The notes beneath the pieces were generated by a model. That model worked only from the letters and a program-made list of their open reading frames with translations. It was not told the origin of the DNA and ran no database searches. A DNA stretch of 63,826 nt, counting the filler, from Octopus bimaculoides (taxonomy: Eukaryota), in NCBI RefSeq assembly GCF_001194135.2. It is 6 parts of 6 records of this genome, joined end to end, with 100 filler letters (N's around TTAATTAATTAA, not from the genome) between each part and the next. Parts side by side here need not be neighbours in the genome. Positions count along the whole stretch, not along the records: positions 1 to 26,570 come from NC_068981.1; 5 more parts are not named here. One strand, 5' to 3'. A program made the position numbers and the translations under genes. Position 1 is the first letter of the stretch; each line of letters starts with the position of its first letter. Below are positions 1 to 13,200 of this stretch, piece by piece.

Positions 1-107
<107 letters not shown>

Positions 108-992
108 TATATGGTAGGAGTAGTTTCATGCTCATCCAAAAATTGCTGATCTACAAGCAGTGATGTTGCCATTTTCCATCAACAAATCATCTGTTGGCTT
201 TCTCCAAGGTCCCCTGCAGTTGAAGGGTAGCAAAGTAAGTTTTCTCTGAGGAATGGTCAACAAACCATGAAACAGTCCATCAAGAGACTTGCTCCAGTTT
301 CTCTCATGCATCAGTAGCATACAAAAAAAAAGCGTTTACATTTTTATTTAACTCATAGTGTGGCTTTATGACATTTAAAGAAATTTTAGAAATAATAAAG
401 TCCTAAAAACTAACAAAACTTGACTAGGCATGAGAATGGAAGTAATGTCTGCTAGTAAGTCTTTCTTTTATACAAATTAGTCAAAGGAAGAAGAAGAAGA
501 GTGGCCATGACCTTTGTTAGTCATTCTCTGAGACTGGAAAGAGTAATGCAGCGTTGATTAAAACTAATATTACAACTACTCGCAGATAATGAAGTGGACA
601 CTATATTTTATCATTTTATATTATTTTCTTTATTATTTGATGGAGAAACTCCCAGAAGTTTTAATTAAAACTTCATGAAACTTACATCTGAAGAGGGGAG
701 CAAAAAAAAAAAAAATATCTTGATGATTAATTCTAGTCAAATAAAGCAAGGGAGACAACTCTGGAATTTTAATTAAAACAGAATAAGTGTGAAGGGAGGA
801 GGCTAAGACATCTTTGGTAGTTTGATGACAACTCCAGGCATATTTCCAAAACAGTCAAATGTGAGATATCTAGAGTATCTCCCTTACAATAGAAAAAAGA
901 GGGTCAATTATTAAACTTAGTTTCAAAAACAGTGAAATACAGAAGTTTGCAATACAAAGAATGTCTTTTAAAATGCCTAATACATACACATA

Positions 993-1035
<43 letters not shown>

Positions 1036-2170
1036 GCCAAACTGTAAAACACTTAAAATATTAATATTGATTAGATATTCATTTGCAATATTCTTTTTCT
1101 TTACTTATTGGCTGATTTAAAATTCTAAATGCAATTTTTTTCTGATGTTTTTTTTTTTAGTTAAATTTAATTGCTCACTGAAATGACAATAACTGAATTA
1201 TATTCACATCAGTCAAAACTTAATTCAATAGCTACAATTATAATTCATTTAGATAATTTGTGTATAATCAGCATAGCTTAATCGATAAGACAACATGAAC
1301 CAAAGTAGCCAAATTAAGTTCACTTTCAGTTTGTGATCCCCCACTACCACTGGTCAAGGTGGACCATGCATCTGCTCACATGTGCAGGCCTGGACTTTTT
1401 CTTTTAAGGAAGACTAGCAGCTGCAGATGCATGCATTCCTCTTCCCTTCATAACACTGGTGTTTATTTAAGAGAAAGGACCCCAACTTGGACCAATACAG
1501 CTTGGTATCAGTGTCATTGCAAAACACTCCCTCATCATCAAAAGGACACAGGAAATGTGTCATGGCCAACAGGAAGCGGTGCAGCTTCCTAGGTCTAACC
1601 AACAATAGTATTATTCCCTTCAGGGGATTGTCACATTAAGTTGACAGCATACAACTACTTCATCGTATCACTACTGCATAAATCTCTCTGAGAGATTTAA
1701 AAATGTATTATTTCTAAACAGGAATATAATATTTATTAAATTCCTTATTGACATCATGGTCCATCAGTCTGCACATGCAAAGACCTAGTGGAATAAAAAA
1801 AAATCTTTTACTTCAAAAACTGGTAAGGATTGGCAAGAAGAACGCCATGTGGCTATAAAATACTGTCACAAAAAAGTCCCCATTTCATCCACGCCAGCCT
1901 GGAAACAGACATTAAATGAACAAGCAAACCTATCATACTGTTACCTTTACCTGAAAGATTATTGTTGAATACCTTATACACAAGTCTGTTACTATATAGT
2001 CACCTCTATATCAGACAGATATAGTGTTGTTACAGACCTTTAAAAGGTGAGAATGTATATCTGTTTCAAGGTCACAACAGAAACACTTTCAGTAGTTAAG
2101 AAGTTCACTTCTCAATGAAGAAGTCCAACTTCTACTGCAGAGAACATTCTATCAAAGTCTCAATGTAAAT

Positions 2171-3097
2171 CAGTGGTTCTCAGCTGGGCTCCATACAAGA
2201 TTTTATTAAAATTTATGTGCAATAAATTGCTAATAATTCTACACTACACAAAATATTTTTATGTATTTATACAATTCGTTGCTATTATGTTAAACTGTTG
2301 TACGTTCAAATTTAGCCAAATATATTTTTTTCAATATTTGTGCTTGCAATAGCCAGTCCTTTTGGTTGAGTTTATTAATAGGCTTAGATGGCATGCATTT
2401 TACCTCGATATGTCCAGAAATTCAAGGATAACGAAAGAACCCAGCCGAATAGGCAATAGAACTGAAGCTGAAACCTCTGAAAATTTAAATTTAAAATCCT
2501 ACAGGAGCGCTCCACCACACTCTGATCTTGCAAAATTTGAAAAGGACTTGATACGCATGATAAAAAACCTTAAATATTCGAACCATGGGAATGCCTTCCA
2601 GAATCAATTACAAATAACAATAGCTAGTCTCAAGAATGATCCCAATCTACACATACTTTCAGATAAAACTGGAAATATCTACTCTGTGCCCTTCAAAACC
2701 TACGACAGGCTAATCTCCAAGGAACTTCACACCAAGTATAAAAATTGATAAAAAATCGGCTCTGCGTGACATTAAGAATAGACACTACGAACTAATTTCG
2801 AAATTGGGAATATTAGATTGAACACAATCGTATGATCCCAAAACTCCACACTGCACATTAAAGGACCATAAGAATGACTTTCTTGCCAAACCAACAATAC
2901 GCCTAGCCTGACTTGGGTAGAATTAGCAAACGTATTCTAGATCGGATTATACCAATGATAAAGAAAAAAAAAAAAGCAGACGTTAAACGACGACAATGAT
3001 AATAGGATTTTTTAAAACTTCAAAATGGCTATGTGGGTCCAGTAGAGTAAAACAGGAACCAAAGGAGTACAAAGTAAAAAATGGTTGAGAACCATTG
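2171..3097. mobile_element. hAT-like non-autonomous element (MITE) interrupted by a Penelope-like fragment
   Basis: Imperfect TIRs CAGTGGTTCTCAGC (2171) and GGTTGAGAACCATTG (3083-3097). Flanking 8-mers ATGTAAAT and ACCTAAAT match 6/8, consistent with a decayed 8-bp hAT TSD. Confidence 0.6.
2362..2960 (+). mobile_element. Penelope-like element (Naiad-type) RT N-terminal fragment, frameshifted
   Basis: ORF 2362-2748 reads EFINRLRWHAF...AKFEKDL...SDKTGNIY. After a frameshift it continues TLKDHKNDFLAKPTIRL...DLGRISKRILDRI, motifs I recognise from PLE reverse transcriptases. Confidence 0.8.
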
Positions 3098-3368
3098 ACC
3101 TAAATAAACCAAGCCTTCCAAGTGAAAGTATATCGGTGGAAACTGTGTAGAATTCTACCAAATTTGCAATTCAAATATCCAATCTTATCAGTACAATGTC
3201 ATACCGATTCTGCCTAGAGATTGCATTAATGGTTCAAGCATGTAGATAACTCATCCACTTGCACTAGAATTCGATCTGTTCTGTAAGTTGGACAATTGGA
3301 ACCCTCAATTATTGAAACTGATGCCGGAGCCATTCCTTAATAACATTTGAAGAGAGAGAGAGAAAGAG

Positions 3369-3404
<36 letters not shown>

Positions 3405-3730
3405 CGTGCGTGCGTGTAGATTTATTTCCCATTTTAATCAATAACCCCAGATAATATTCAATTAGTTTAAATTTAAAAAGAGAAGAAAGAAAGAACAAGA
3501 AACTAAAATCAACTTCAACCTTTTTCTTTCCACGATCAATATAGTACCGCACTAGGTCCAGTACATTAGCAGAATTGTAACAAATGCCTAATAGCATTGT
3601 AGCTCTTTATGTTCTGAGTTCGAATCCCACTGGACTTCATCTGGTAGGTGGGCTTTAATTCTTTGTGCAGTTTAATACCACCTCCTGGTACATTTGGTAC
3701 TTTTAGAATCTACTTTTTCTCTTTTTGTTA

Positions 3731-4105
3731 TTCTTTTACTTGTTTCAGTCATTTGACTGTGGCCATGCTGGAGCACCGCCTTTAGTCGAACAAATTGACC
3801 CCAGAACTTATTCTTTGTAAGCCCAGTATTAATTCTATCAGTCTCTTTTGCCGAACTGCTAAGTTACGTGGACACGAACACACCAACATCAGTTGTCAAG
3901 CAATGGTGGAGGGACAAACACAGACACACAAATATATATATATATATGACGGGCTTCTTCCAGTTTCCATCTACCTAATTCACTCACAAGACCTTGGTTG
4001 GCCTGAGGTTATAGCAGAAGATACTTGCCCAAGGTGCCACTCAGTGGGACTGAAACCATGTGGTTGGGAAACAAGCTTCTTACCACAAGCTTCTTACTCC
4101 TGTGC
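3731..4105 (-). mobile_element. tRNA-derived SINE, family A (octopus-type, internal CA/TA tract)
   Basis: Tail CTCCAGCATGGCCACAGTCAAATGACTGAAACAAGTAAAAG and head GCAGGAGT...GTGGTAAG...CCACATGGTTTCAGTCCCACTG; many near-identical copies in the window. Confidence 0.9.
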
Positions 4106-4224
4106 CTATAATTAACACAATTACTCTATAATTAACACTCAGGGAAGCTACTTCCCTCTCTCTCTCTCCCAGTCTTGGAGCCCTATAAAGGGTTACTGGC
4201 AGGGCCTTTCCTTCTAACTAGGAG

Positions 4225-4436
4225 ATTTAACCCTTTTGGTACAAACCTACCTAAGACTGCCCCAGGATCTAGGATAGAAACTCACTGCTTTAATAAAGTA
4301 ATCTAACTGAAAACTTTTTCCTGAAGTTTTCATGTTAAATCATGTTTCAAATACGAGCTTGATAATGACTAAGTCATTCTAAAAAAATTCAATATTTTCA
4401 AATTAATTGAACAGAAATATGGTAACAAAAGGGTTT
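4225..4436. mobile_element. piggyBac-like MITE
   Basis: Begins TTAACCCTTTTG and ends CAAAAGGGTT. A truncated related start lies at ~9761. Confidence 0.55.
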
Positions 4437-5243
4437 CAGTGATCTAAATTAAAACCTTCCATCAAAATTTCATGTTAATTTAGGTTCCAAACACCAATTT
4501 AATCAGAAGTTATTTTACTAAATTCAATATTTTAAAAATTAATCAAAAACAAAGACTGTGTATTTCAAGAGCAATACCATAAAACAGGATTTTATTTATT
4601 CATTTATTTTTTAATCAAATCATTGATAAAACATTTGTATTTCCTGGTTTCAATAATTTATCAGAAAAGAGACAGACATATTTAGTCAATTAATCAAGTG
4701 TACAAACTAATCTCAGACACAGGCACACCTAATTTCTTGTTTGCTGGGTGGAAATAATAGTTGAAGTAGCACCAGTAGCAGGTAACATGGGGTATAAACT
4801 GAAAGACTAATTTATAGAATCCATAATCATACAAACACTTGTTGTTTTTAAATATAAGGCTGATCATGTTAATACCAAGCACCTGTAGACTTTAGATGAG
4901 TCACACCTGGGCCAAGTGAATAAACAATCAACCAACCAACAAACAGAAGGAAATTATGAGCAATGTACTGTTGATGGCTAAGTCTAAGTTGTTGATATAC
5001 TTTAGCCCTAGGTCATCAATAAACAAGCAGCCCTTGAAGGCATTCCATCTGTGACCATATCTTAGACTACATTGTCCAGTATGTCCTTATTTTCTAAATG
5101 GTGTGCTGTGATTTGACTTGTTTTTAGGAACCATAAAAGCCTTTCACTGGTTCGATGTGAGTAAATTTCATGAAGTATGAAAATTATTGATGCAAGAAAA
5201 AGCAATTTCTCACTGAGTAACTATATATATATATATATATATA

Positions 5244-5662
5244 TCTTTTACTTGTTTCATTCAGTCATTTGACTGTGGCCATGCTGGAGCACTGCCCTTT
5301 TTAGCCAAGCAAATCAACCCCAGGACTTATTCTCTGTAAGCCTAGTACTTATTCTATCGGTCTCTTTTGCCGAACCGCTAGGTTACGGGGACGTAAACAC
5401 ACCAGCATCGGTTGTCAAGCGATGTTGGGGGGGACAAACACAGACACACAAACATATACACACACACAGGCACACAAATATATATATATACACATATATA
5501 TACAACAGGCTTCTTTCAGTTTCCGTCTACCAAATCCACTCACAAGGTTTTGCTCATTCCGGGGCTATAGTAGAAGACATTTGTCCAAGGTACCATGTAG
5601 TGACGCTGGACCCGGAACCATGTAGTTGGGAAGCAAGCTTCTTACCACATAGTCACACCTGT
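5244..5662 (-). mobile_element. SINE family A, full length
   Basis: Same head, internal CA/TA tract and tail as 3731-4105. Confidence 0.9.
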
Positions 5663-6319
5663 GTGTGTGTGTGTGTGTGTATGTATTAGCTTAAAGTATT
5701 GTATGCCTTAGTTCAACATCCGTTTTTGCATGCTAGCATGGGTTAGATAGGGAGTTATTTTAGGAAGGATTTTATAGCCAAGAAGCTCTTCCTGTCCCCA
5801 ACCCTTACTGGATTTTCAGGATTTACACACCTACACACAACAGGTTTCTTGCTGTTTTTGTACATCAGATTCACTCACAAAAAGCTTGATCAGCCCAGGG
5901 CTATAACAGAAGACACACAAGGTGCTCTCATGAGACGAAAGCAACCATTTTCACACGATTGCCATAAGAAAAACTTGGCTATATAAATCAACTTAACTCG
6001 ATTCTGATATTTTAAAAGATATGTGCAGCTAATATATTTAATCAAACTTAAAAGTATTTTGATGATGTCATACAACAACATATCTAACATTAATGACCTT
6101 TTAATTTCAGAAGCAATGTGTTTCTGTTTTGCTTTCAAAATTCTTGCTTTAGATTTAGTTATAAAAAGACTGAATAGAGAAAAAAAAATTGCGTAGGCGT
6201 ATTGATTTCAAGCAGATACTGAAGTTCTAAATGAACTTAGAGTATGTATTTCTGATCTTTAGATTTTAAGAAATTAAATAAAATGTAATTAATTAGTATT
6301 TAATTAATTATAGTAAGCA

Positions 6320-6472
6320 CAAGTGTGGTTATGCGGTTAAGAAGTTCATTTTCTAACCACTTGGTTCCAGGTTCAGTCCCACTTCATGGTACCTTGATCA
6401 AGTGTCTTCTATTAGAGCCTCAAGCTGACCAAAACTTTTTGAGTAGAGTTAGGGGACGGAAACTGAAAAAAA

Positions 6473-6480
<8 letters not shown>
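6320..6480 (+). mobile_element. SINE family A, 5' half
   Basis: Head to GACGGAAACTGAAA, then (GT)n. Similar half copies lie at ~5860-5975(-), 7490-7640(+), 11474-11630(+) and 24420-24590(+). Confidence 0.8.
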
Positions 6481-6558
<78 letters not shown>

Positions 6559-6793
6559 CAGTATCATTCATTTCTAATATTCTTTGAAAACATATCTGGG
6601 TAAATATTACCTTGGTAAGAAACAGTTGAGGGTTGGCAAGAGAAAGACTATCTGGCCATAGAAAATCCGTCTCAGTAAACACTATGTCCAACCCATGCAA
6701 GTACAGACAAGTAGATGCTAAAATGATCGTTAAGCTAGAAGGGTTGCAATCAGCATTTGAAATCAATATTTATAGATTTTATTTAAATCTCAC

Positions 6794-6893
6794 CTTTATA
6801 GAATAACAACTATCTTTAATGACTTCTCTTGACTGGAATCTGAATGAAATGAGAACGGATGATGTTTGCAGAGCGAAAAACTAGTAACATGAG
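6794..6893 (-). other. Candidate spliced exon, non-coding in all three frames
   Basis: Long polypyrimidine tract ending TTACAAG| at 6894 and donor AAG|GTGAGA at 6793. Each of the three frames contains a stop. Confidence 0.3.
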
Positions 6894-8187
6894 CTTGTAA
6901 CCGACACAACCAACAAAGGAAAATATGGAGAGAAAAATACAGAAAAAAAGAAAACAAGGAACTAAATGAAAAACCTTGGAAAATGTAAACCTTACAAATA
7001 ATATAAAAAGAGGCAGGTGTGAGTGGATTGATAGGTGGAAGACAAATGAATAAAGGCAATTATGGAAACCAGTTCAACTAATAGCAAAAGCAACAAAATA
7101 TAAATCAATGCTCTAAACCAATGAGATCATCAATGATATTGGTAGAATGTCATCAGTTTCTTGCCACTAGTATACTGACCAGAAATAATGGCAACTGTCC
7201 ACAATCGATAGAAAGTTCCAGAGCACCTGCTTTCACATGAGAATACTAGCTGTTGAGGATAAACTCTAAGCTCAATAGCTACACAGCAGAAATAATACAC
7301 ATTTATATAGAAACACCAACAAATGACAAATATAGCACAGTTTTCCCTCTCCCGTTGTATTGTACACACATAACTAACACAAACTGAGAATGCAAGTGAT
7401 GTAAAGTGGCTGGAAATATGATATAATAGTGAAAAAAATGGACATATCCGGAGGGAAGGAGGTTGTTATTATTATTATCAGACAGGTACAGGTATGGCTG
7501 CGTGATTGCTTCCAACCATGTGGTGCTGGGTTCAATCCCACTGTCCTACACTTTGGACAAATATCTTCTATAGTCTCAGACTAACCAAAGCCTTGCAAGT
7601 GGATTTGGTAGATGGAAACTAAAAGAAACTCATCACACGTGTGTGTGTGGGGGNNNNNNNNNNNNNNNNNNNGGGGGGGGGGGTGCATATGTGTGTACCA
7701 TTGTCTTGACAACATGTGATAGTTGCAAATGAGCAGCATTGTCATTCAAATGAAGTTGTTCATTTTCATTCTTCCATGACTTGTCTGGTCAAAAGAAAAT
7801 ATTACTTCATTTGGAAACAAGCGAAAGTTGGAAACAGGAAGAGCATCCAGCCATAAAATGTCTGCCCTAACAAATTCCAACTGATCCATACAGATAGAAT
7901 TCGCACCCAAAAGTTTTCAGAATTGTTGATATGGCCAGGGGGAAAAAGTTTTCAATTTAGTTGTATTTAGCATCATTTCACTTACTTATGATTAGATTTT
8001 ATTAAATTTTCATTAAATGCAAACAATTTCTGTTTTAACAGGTATCACATTAAAATTTCTTAAATTACAAAGTGTTTGTGTTGTTTATAATAATACATTT
8101 CTTGTCCATAAGAGATTATGTCCGATGTTTAGCATACTGCTGTATGTATTTTCAAATCACAATCACAGGAAAAGTTGTTGATAAGAA

Positions 8188-8314
8188 TTATGAACAAAAA
8201 CAAAGCTGATAATCAAACTGATTATGTAAACAGAATTCTGATTGGTTGAAAGCATCTTCTTGTCTCAAGCTCTGATTTTCCGCTTGTTCTTGACGGAACC
8301 TTTGATACGTCAGA
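8188..8314 (-). CDS. Candidate terminal coding exon (LTYQRFRQEQAENQSLRQEDAFNQSEF...CS*), gene unidentified
   Basis: Acceptor CTACTTTTTGAAG|, 41 open codons to TAA, AATAAA about 190 nt downstream. Phase is compatible with the 9532-9626 candidate. No homolog recognised with confidence. Confidence 0.3.
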
Positions 8315-8489
8315 CTTCAAAAAGTAGTTAACCATTTAATGGTTTTAGTAAATTTATACAGAAAAAGTAAGCATTATACCGACCATCATAAATAAAAGTT
8401 AACTTCATTATATTTAAGCCCTTATTTTTTTTTCTGTAAAAACCTATTCTGACATTAAATGAGTCAACTTCTGGTACAAGTGTATCATT

Positions 8490-9105
8490 TGTTTGTTGAT
8501 TTCTATAAATCAAGATTTTAGATTAACTATTCCAGGGTAGTTTTGACTGAAGAGACACAATAAGGTTGAAACACTAGAGTCTCAAAGTTGCTTTAGGTCA
8601 ATGAATCCTGTGTGCCATGAACAGAGGTGGTGTTCTCCGGTGATGAAATACAACAGCAATCAGTATGATTTTATTCAAATCTACTAGAACGTATTGAGAA
8701 TGAATAGATATACTGTCATCTGGATTCTTGATGCTCTGCAGGCACCCATGAATTATTATCTGTTTGGCAGACATCAGCATACCTCAACGAATCATATGTT
8801 TGCTGATTTCTATAAATAGGAACTAGTAATCTAGTTAATTCATTGATCTGGGGTAACTTTGACTGAGGAGTCAGAACAAAGTCAAAACACCATGGTGTCT
8901 CAAAGCTCCCTTACATCAATGAATCATGTATCTTATAAAAACACATCATGTAAAGGGATGAAGTGTCCTCTAATGATGATGTGTCCTCTAATAAGCAATC
9001 AACATATTCACATTCGAATCTGCCAGAATGTATCGAGAATGAACAGATACATTATTGTTTGGATTCTCACTGTTTTGTATGCATCACATGAATTATTTTC
9101 CCACC
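8490..9105. repeat. Diverged tandem duplication, unit ~310-340 bp
   Basis: Shared anchors TGATTTCTATAAAT (8497/8804), TTTGACTGA, GTCTCAAAG, TCAATGAATC, GAGAATGAA.AGATA, TGGATTCT and CATGAATTATT (8747/9087). Confidence 0.85.
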
Positions 9106-9531
9106 CAAGTTAGCGAGGAAAAGGTTTAAAAAAGAAAAAAAAGAGTCTAAAATGCTTTAAAGAAATAAATAAAACAACTTGCCACCATTAACAAAATATT
9201 TAGAGTAAATGATGAGATTTGTAGTATTACATGAAAGAAGAAGCGCTGAGCTCGTATTTCTGTAAATTTGAGGAAAGTTAAGAGATAAACACAGCAGAGC
9301 AGCAAGATTTATTTCATTCTGATTATGCTACATATTTCAAGAGAAACACAAACCCATTTCTATGTTAAGAAGCAAGGGAAAAAAAATAACATCCTTATTA
9401 CAGATAACGCATTTTTTTCTCCCTCCCAATATGAAGATTAGTCAACTTAGACGACAACCTAATTTAATTGGATTCCTTGCTATTGGAGGATAAAGTTTTT
9501 ACAGGGTAAAATGAAAAAGACACAAACAAAC

Positions 9532-9626
9532 CTGAAAGTAAGAATAAATAAAACATAGATGTTTGCTAATTTTAGACTTGGTAAATCTCCAGTTGAACTA
9601 GTATTTGATGCATAAACTTCCTTTTC
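9532..9626 (-). CDS. Candidate internal coding exon (EKEVYASNTSSTGDLPSLKLANIYVLFILTF)
   Basis: Strong acceptor TTCTATTCTCTTCCTGCCTGTTTTGTAG|, donor TTTCAG|GTTTGT, 95 nt, open from phase 0 to phase 2. Confidence 0.3.
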
Positions 9627-9852
9627 CTACAAAACAGGCAGGAAGAGAATAGAAAAGAAAGGAAAGGAAAAAAAAAACTTGGATATTTAACAAACTCTGC
9701 AAAGCAGAATATCCAATGTTTCATTTAAATACTACTTACTTAGCACTCTCCTCATACAAGTTTAACCCTTTTCATACCAACCTGCCTAAAACCACCTCAC
9801 TAAAACCATTTATTACTACGACACAAACTAGTTTTAATTTACTTGTAATTTA

Positions 9853-10223
9853 TCTTTTACTTGTTTCAGTTATAAGACTGCGGCCATGCTGGGGCATCAT
9901 CTTGAAGAATTTTTTGTTGAATCAATCAATCCCAGTACTTATTCTATCAACCTCTTTTGATGAACCACTATGTTACAGAGACATAAACACATCGACATTG
10001 GCTGTCAAACAGTCATCGGGACACGGACACACACACACACACACAAGATGGGCTTCTTTCAGTTTCCATCTATCAAATCCACTCACAAGACTTTGGCTGG
10101 CTCATGGCTTTGGTAAGCCAAAAGCTTTAGTAAAAGACACTTGTCCAAGGTGCCATGCTATGAGACTGAACCCTGGACCAAGTGGTTGAGAAGCAAACTT
10201 CTCACCACACAGCCATGCCTGCA
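9853..10223 (-). mobile_element. SINE family A, full length, diverged
   Basis: Head, CA tract and tail as in the other family A copies. Confidence 0.85.
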
Positions 10224-13200
10224 CCTTATATCTAAACAAAAGCATTACGCGTCATCATATGAGGAGTAGCTTTAGAAATATACTTTTGTTGCCATAGGTA
10301 AGATTAATTTTGAGAAGAAAAGTATTTATTACCATAAACAAAATTAAACAAAGCAAATTTCTTGTTTGTATAACTTCTCCCGTAACTGTCGAATACTCCC
10401 TCTCCTCTTCTGTCTCTAAGATTCTTTCTCTTAACTCTATGTGTGTATGTAGCCTTCTCTAACTCATTGCCTGCTGCCAAGCTTAGTATTGCACTCTTCC
10501 TGCACTTCTTATGTCAACTCTCTCCCTCACTCTCTCTATATTATGTGAACAATGCCTGTAGATATCGACCAAGCAACCAACCAACATTTATATCAGCTAT
10601 TATTTAAATAGATATTACCAATTTTATTTAACAATTTTTTTGTTATGTTCCAAACAGTAGCTTAGTAATGGAGACGTTAGTTAATTTACTAAATCCTGCC
10701 ATACTTTTGGTGATTATTTTCAAAATTAATTGAAACGCATGGACAACCTGTTTCATTAGAAATATGATCACGCATGGGTTAATTACAGAAATATAAATAA
10801 ACCAACAACAGATCTCTCTTTCTCTCTGCACATGTATGCGTGTGCACATGCATGTATGTACATGTGCGTATGTGTATGTACATGCGTGCACATCTGTGTG
10901 CATGTGCATAGATGTGTATATACAAGTGTGTGTGCACATGTGTGCGCACATACATATGTGAGTGTTTGCTTGCATGTTCAGAACATCAAATCAGATGAGC
11001 TATTCCAATAATTCATGAATTAAATAAACTAAGACAATCGTTTTAGTGACAACATTGCGTGAAAAAGATTTTAATTAAATTTAAAATGTATTTTCATTAT
11101 ATTTTTAACTGTTCGACAGATTATCATTATATAATTAAACATAATTGCTGGTAATGTAGTACTTTGAGGTGAATACAGACAGTTCTCCTCCATATTCCAA
11201 CAAGTATCTGCTAAGAACTACTACACTACAGCTACCATCTTTTGCGAGATCCTCACAAAGAATAACATGCAAGAACATTAAGAGCCAAGAAAATGTCTGT
11301 TGCGGATCATCATCCTCATCAACTCCATCGCCTTAACCACTCGGCCACAATGAGAAATTGATTTGTTCAACAAAGAAAAGACTTATAATAAAATATATAT
11401 ACTGGTCTACTATGTTCATCTAGTTTTTTTTTAAAAAAAGGTACAATTATATCTCTGCATTTTGTAAGAGGAGCAGGTGTAGCTATGTGGTTGAGAAGTT
11501 TGCTTTGCAGCCATGAGGTTTCAGGTTCAATGTCACTGCATATCACCTTCAGCAAGTGTCTTCTGCAAGAGCCCTGAGCTGACCAAAACCTTGTGAGTGA
11601 ACTTCAAAAATGGAAACTGAAAGAAGACCATTGTGTTATCATCATCATTATATTCAGCATCATTTTCCCTGCTGGCATAAGTTGGACAGTCTGACAGGAG
11701 CTGACAAGCCAGAGAGCTGCACCAAGCTCTGTCTGTTTTGGCATGGTTTCTATGGCTGACTACCCTTCCTAATGCCAACCACTCTACAGAGTGGACTTGG
11801 TGCTTTTTATGTGGCACCAGCACCAGTAAATATGTGTTTAAATAAGTTTGTGCATGTTTAGGTCTCATCTTGAGATAGTTGTAAATGAGTGTCATTGTCA
11901 CAAAGTGTCATTAATTTTCAATCCTCTATGAAAACATGTCTGGCCATAGGGAAATATTGACTTGCTGGGAAACAGGTATGGGTTGATGACAGGAAGGGCA
12001 TCAAACTATATAATATGTGCCTCTATAAACTTCATCCATACAAGCATGGAAAAGTGAACACAAAAATGATGATAAAACACATCTTTGCCCCATAACTTTT
12101 TTAAAATGCCACACAACTGATAAAAATGGTAAATTAAAGAATCCAAAAATTATAAGAAAAGTATAGTTTTTTTTTCTTTCTTTTTATTTGAAAGGAAAAA
12201 TTTATATAGTTGTGGTTAATGTTTAGCTTTAGGTCAACCATAATTCATGTTTAGTTCTAGGTCATTCCAGCCATAACTATCCCATCTATGTTCAGAGAAT
12301 GTATCCAAGATTACATTAGACTATGTCCCTTGTTAAGATGATATGGTGTGATTTGAGGGCAATTTAGATGCTATCTCTGCTTCAAAAGACTATACAGAGG
12401 GTCAGTTACAGGGCTGTGTGTGCAATGGTGGTGATGGTACCTAGTCCTGAAATATATGTCACTGAGATGCCAATAACGACTCGATTTTCTTCTAGTTATC
12501 CAAAAGAGGAATACACTTGAGTTATTCCTGTTGTATTCTCCAAGTTTGCAGAGGGAATTGAACCCAGTAAAGTAAGCTAACAAAACCACTGCAAGTCATT
12601 AATGTTCCTGTTTACAAGAATTGTTACCTTCTGCAGTAATTAAAAGTAAAATGAGCTCCGCTGTTGAGAGTTAAGTCCTGGATCACAAGCAATTTTTCTG
12701 CTCATTGCTCAGTATCAACTCCCAATCTGCATTCACTATACACTAATATTTATATAGGAAAACTTACAAAGCAAAACAAAAACAAACAAAAAACCCACTT
12801 CTTAACTTGGTATTTAAGAATGATTATATTAAATGAAATATAAATCAATATCAACTACTATCTAATCAATATTGATTACATGTTAACCTGTCCCTAGCCA
12901 TCAATATTAAGCTCTTCATATCATCATTCTTAACAGTGGTGTATACTTTCGGTAATTTTTCAACAATTTCAATTACGCTATGCTTAGCAGAGATTAAACG
13001 GTTAAAAATCCATTTTTTTTTTTCAGCAATGTAAATGATGCAAAGAAGAAAAAAAAAAAAATCAGTGTTTTGTCTGTGAAGGAAAAAAAAAAAGAGACAT
13101 ATGTAGTATGTCATACAGTAAACAGCAATTAGAATATTTGAAAAAGAATTTTATTTTTTATAATTACTTGAAATATTAAACAGGAAAAATGATATACAAA

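Noticed and set aside
132-320. 62-aa ORF and nearby plus-strand GTAAGT donor
   Set aside because: No recognisable homology and no convincing acceptor; probably an old repeat.
1331-1640. GC-richer block with ORFs on both strands (similar case at 17390-17720)
   Set aside because: No motif I can assign; likely decayed LINE sequence, but not supportable.
2805-2825. In-frame TGA in the Penelope-like fragment as selenocysteine
   Set aside because: The copy is frameshifted and CpG-decayed, CGA-to-TGA is the simpler explanation, and no SECIS is visible.
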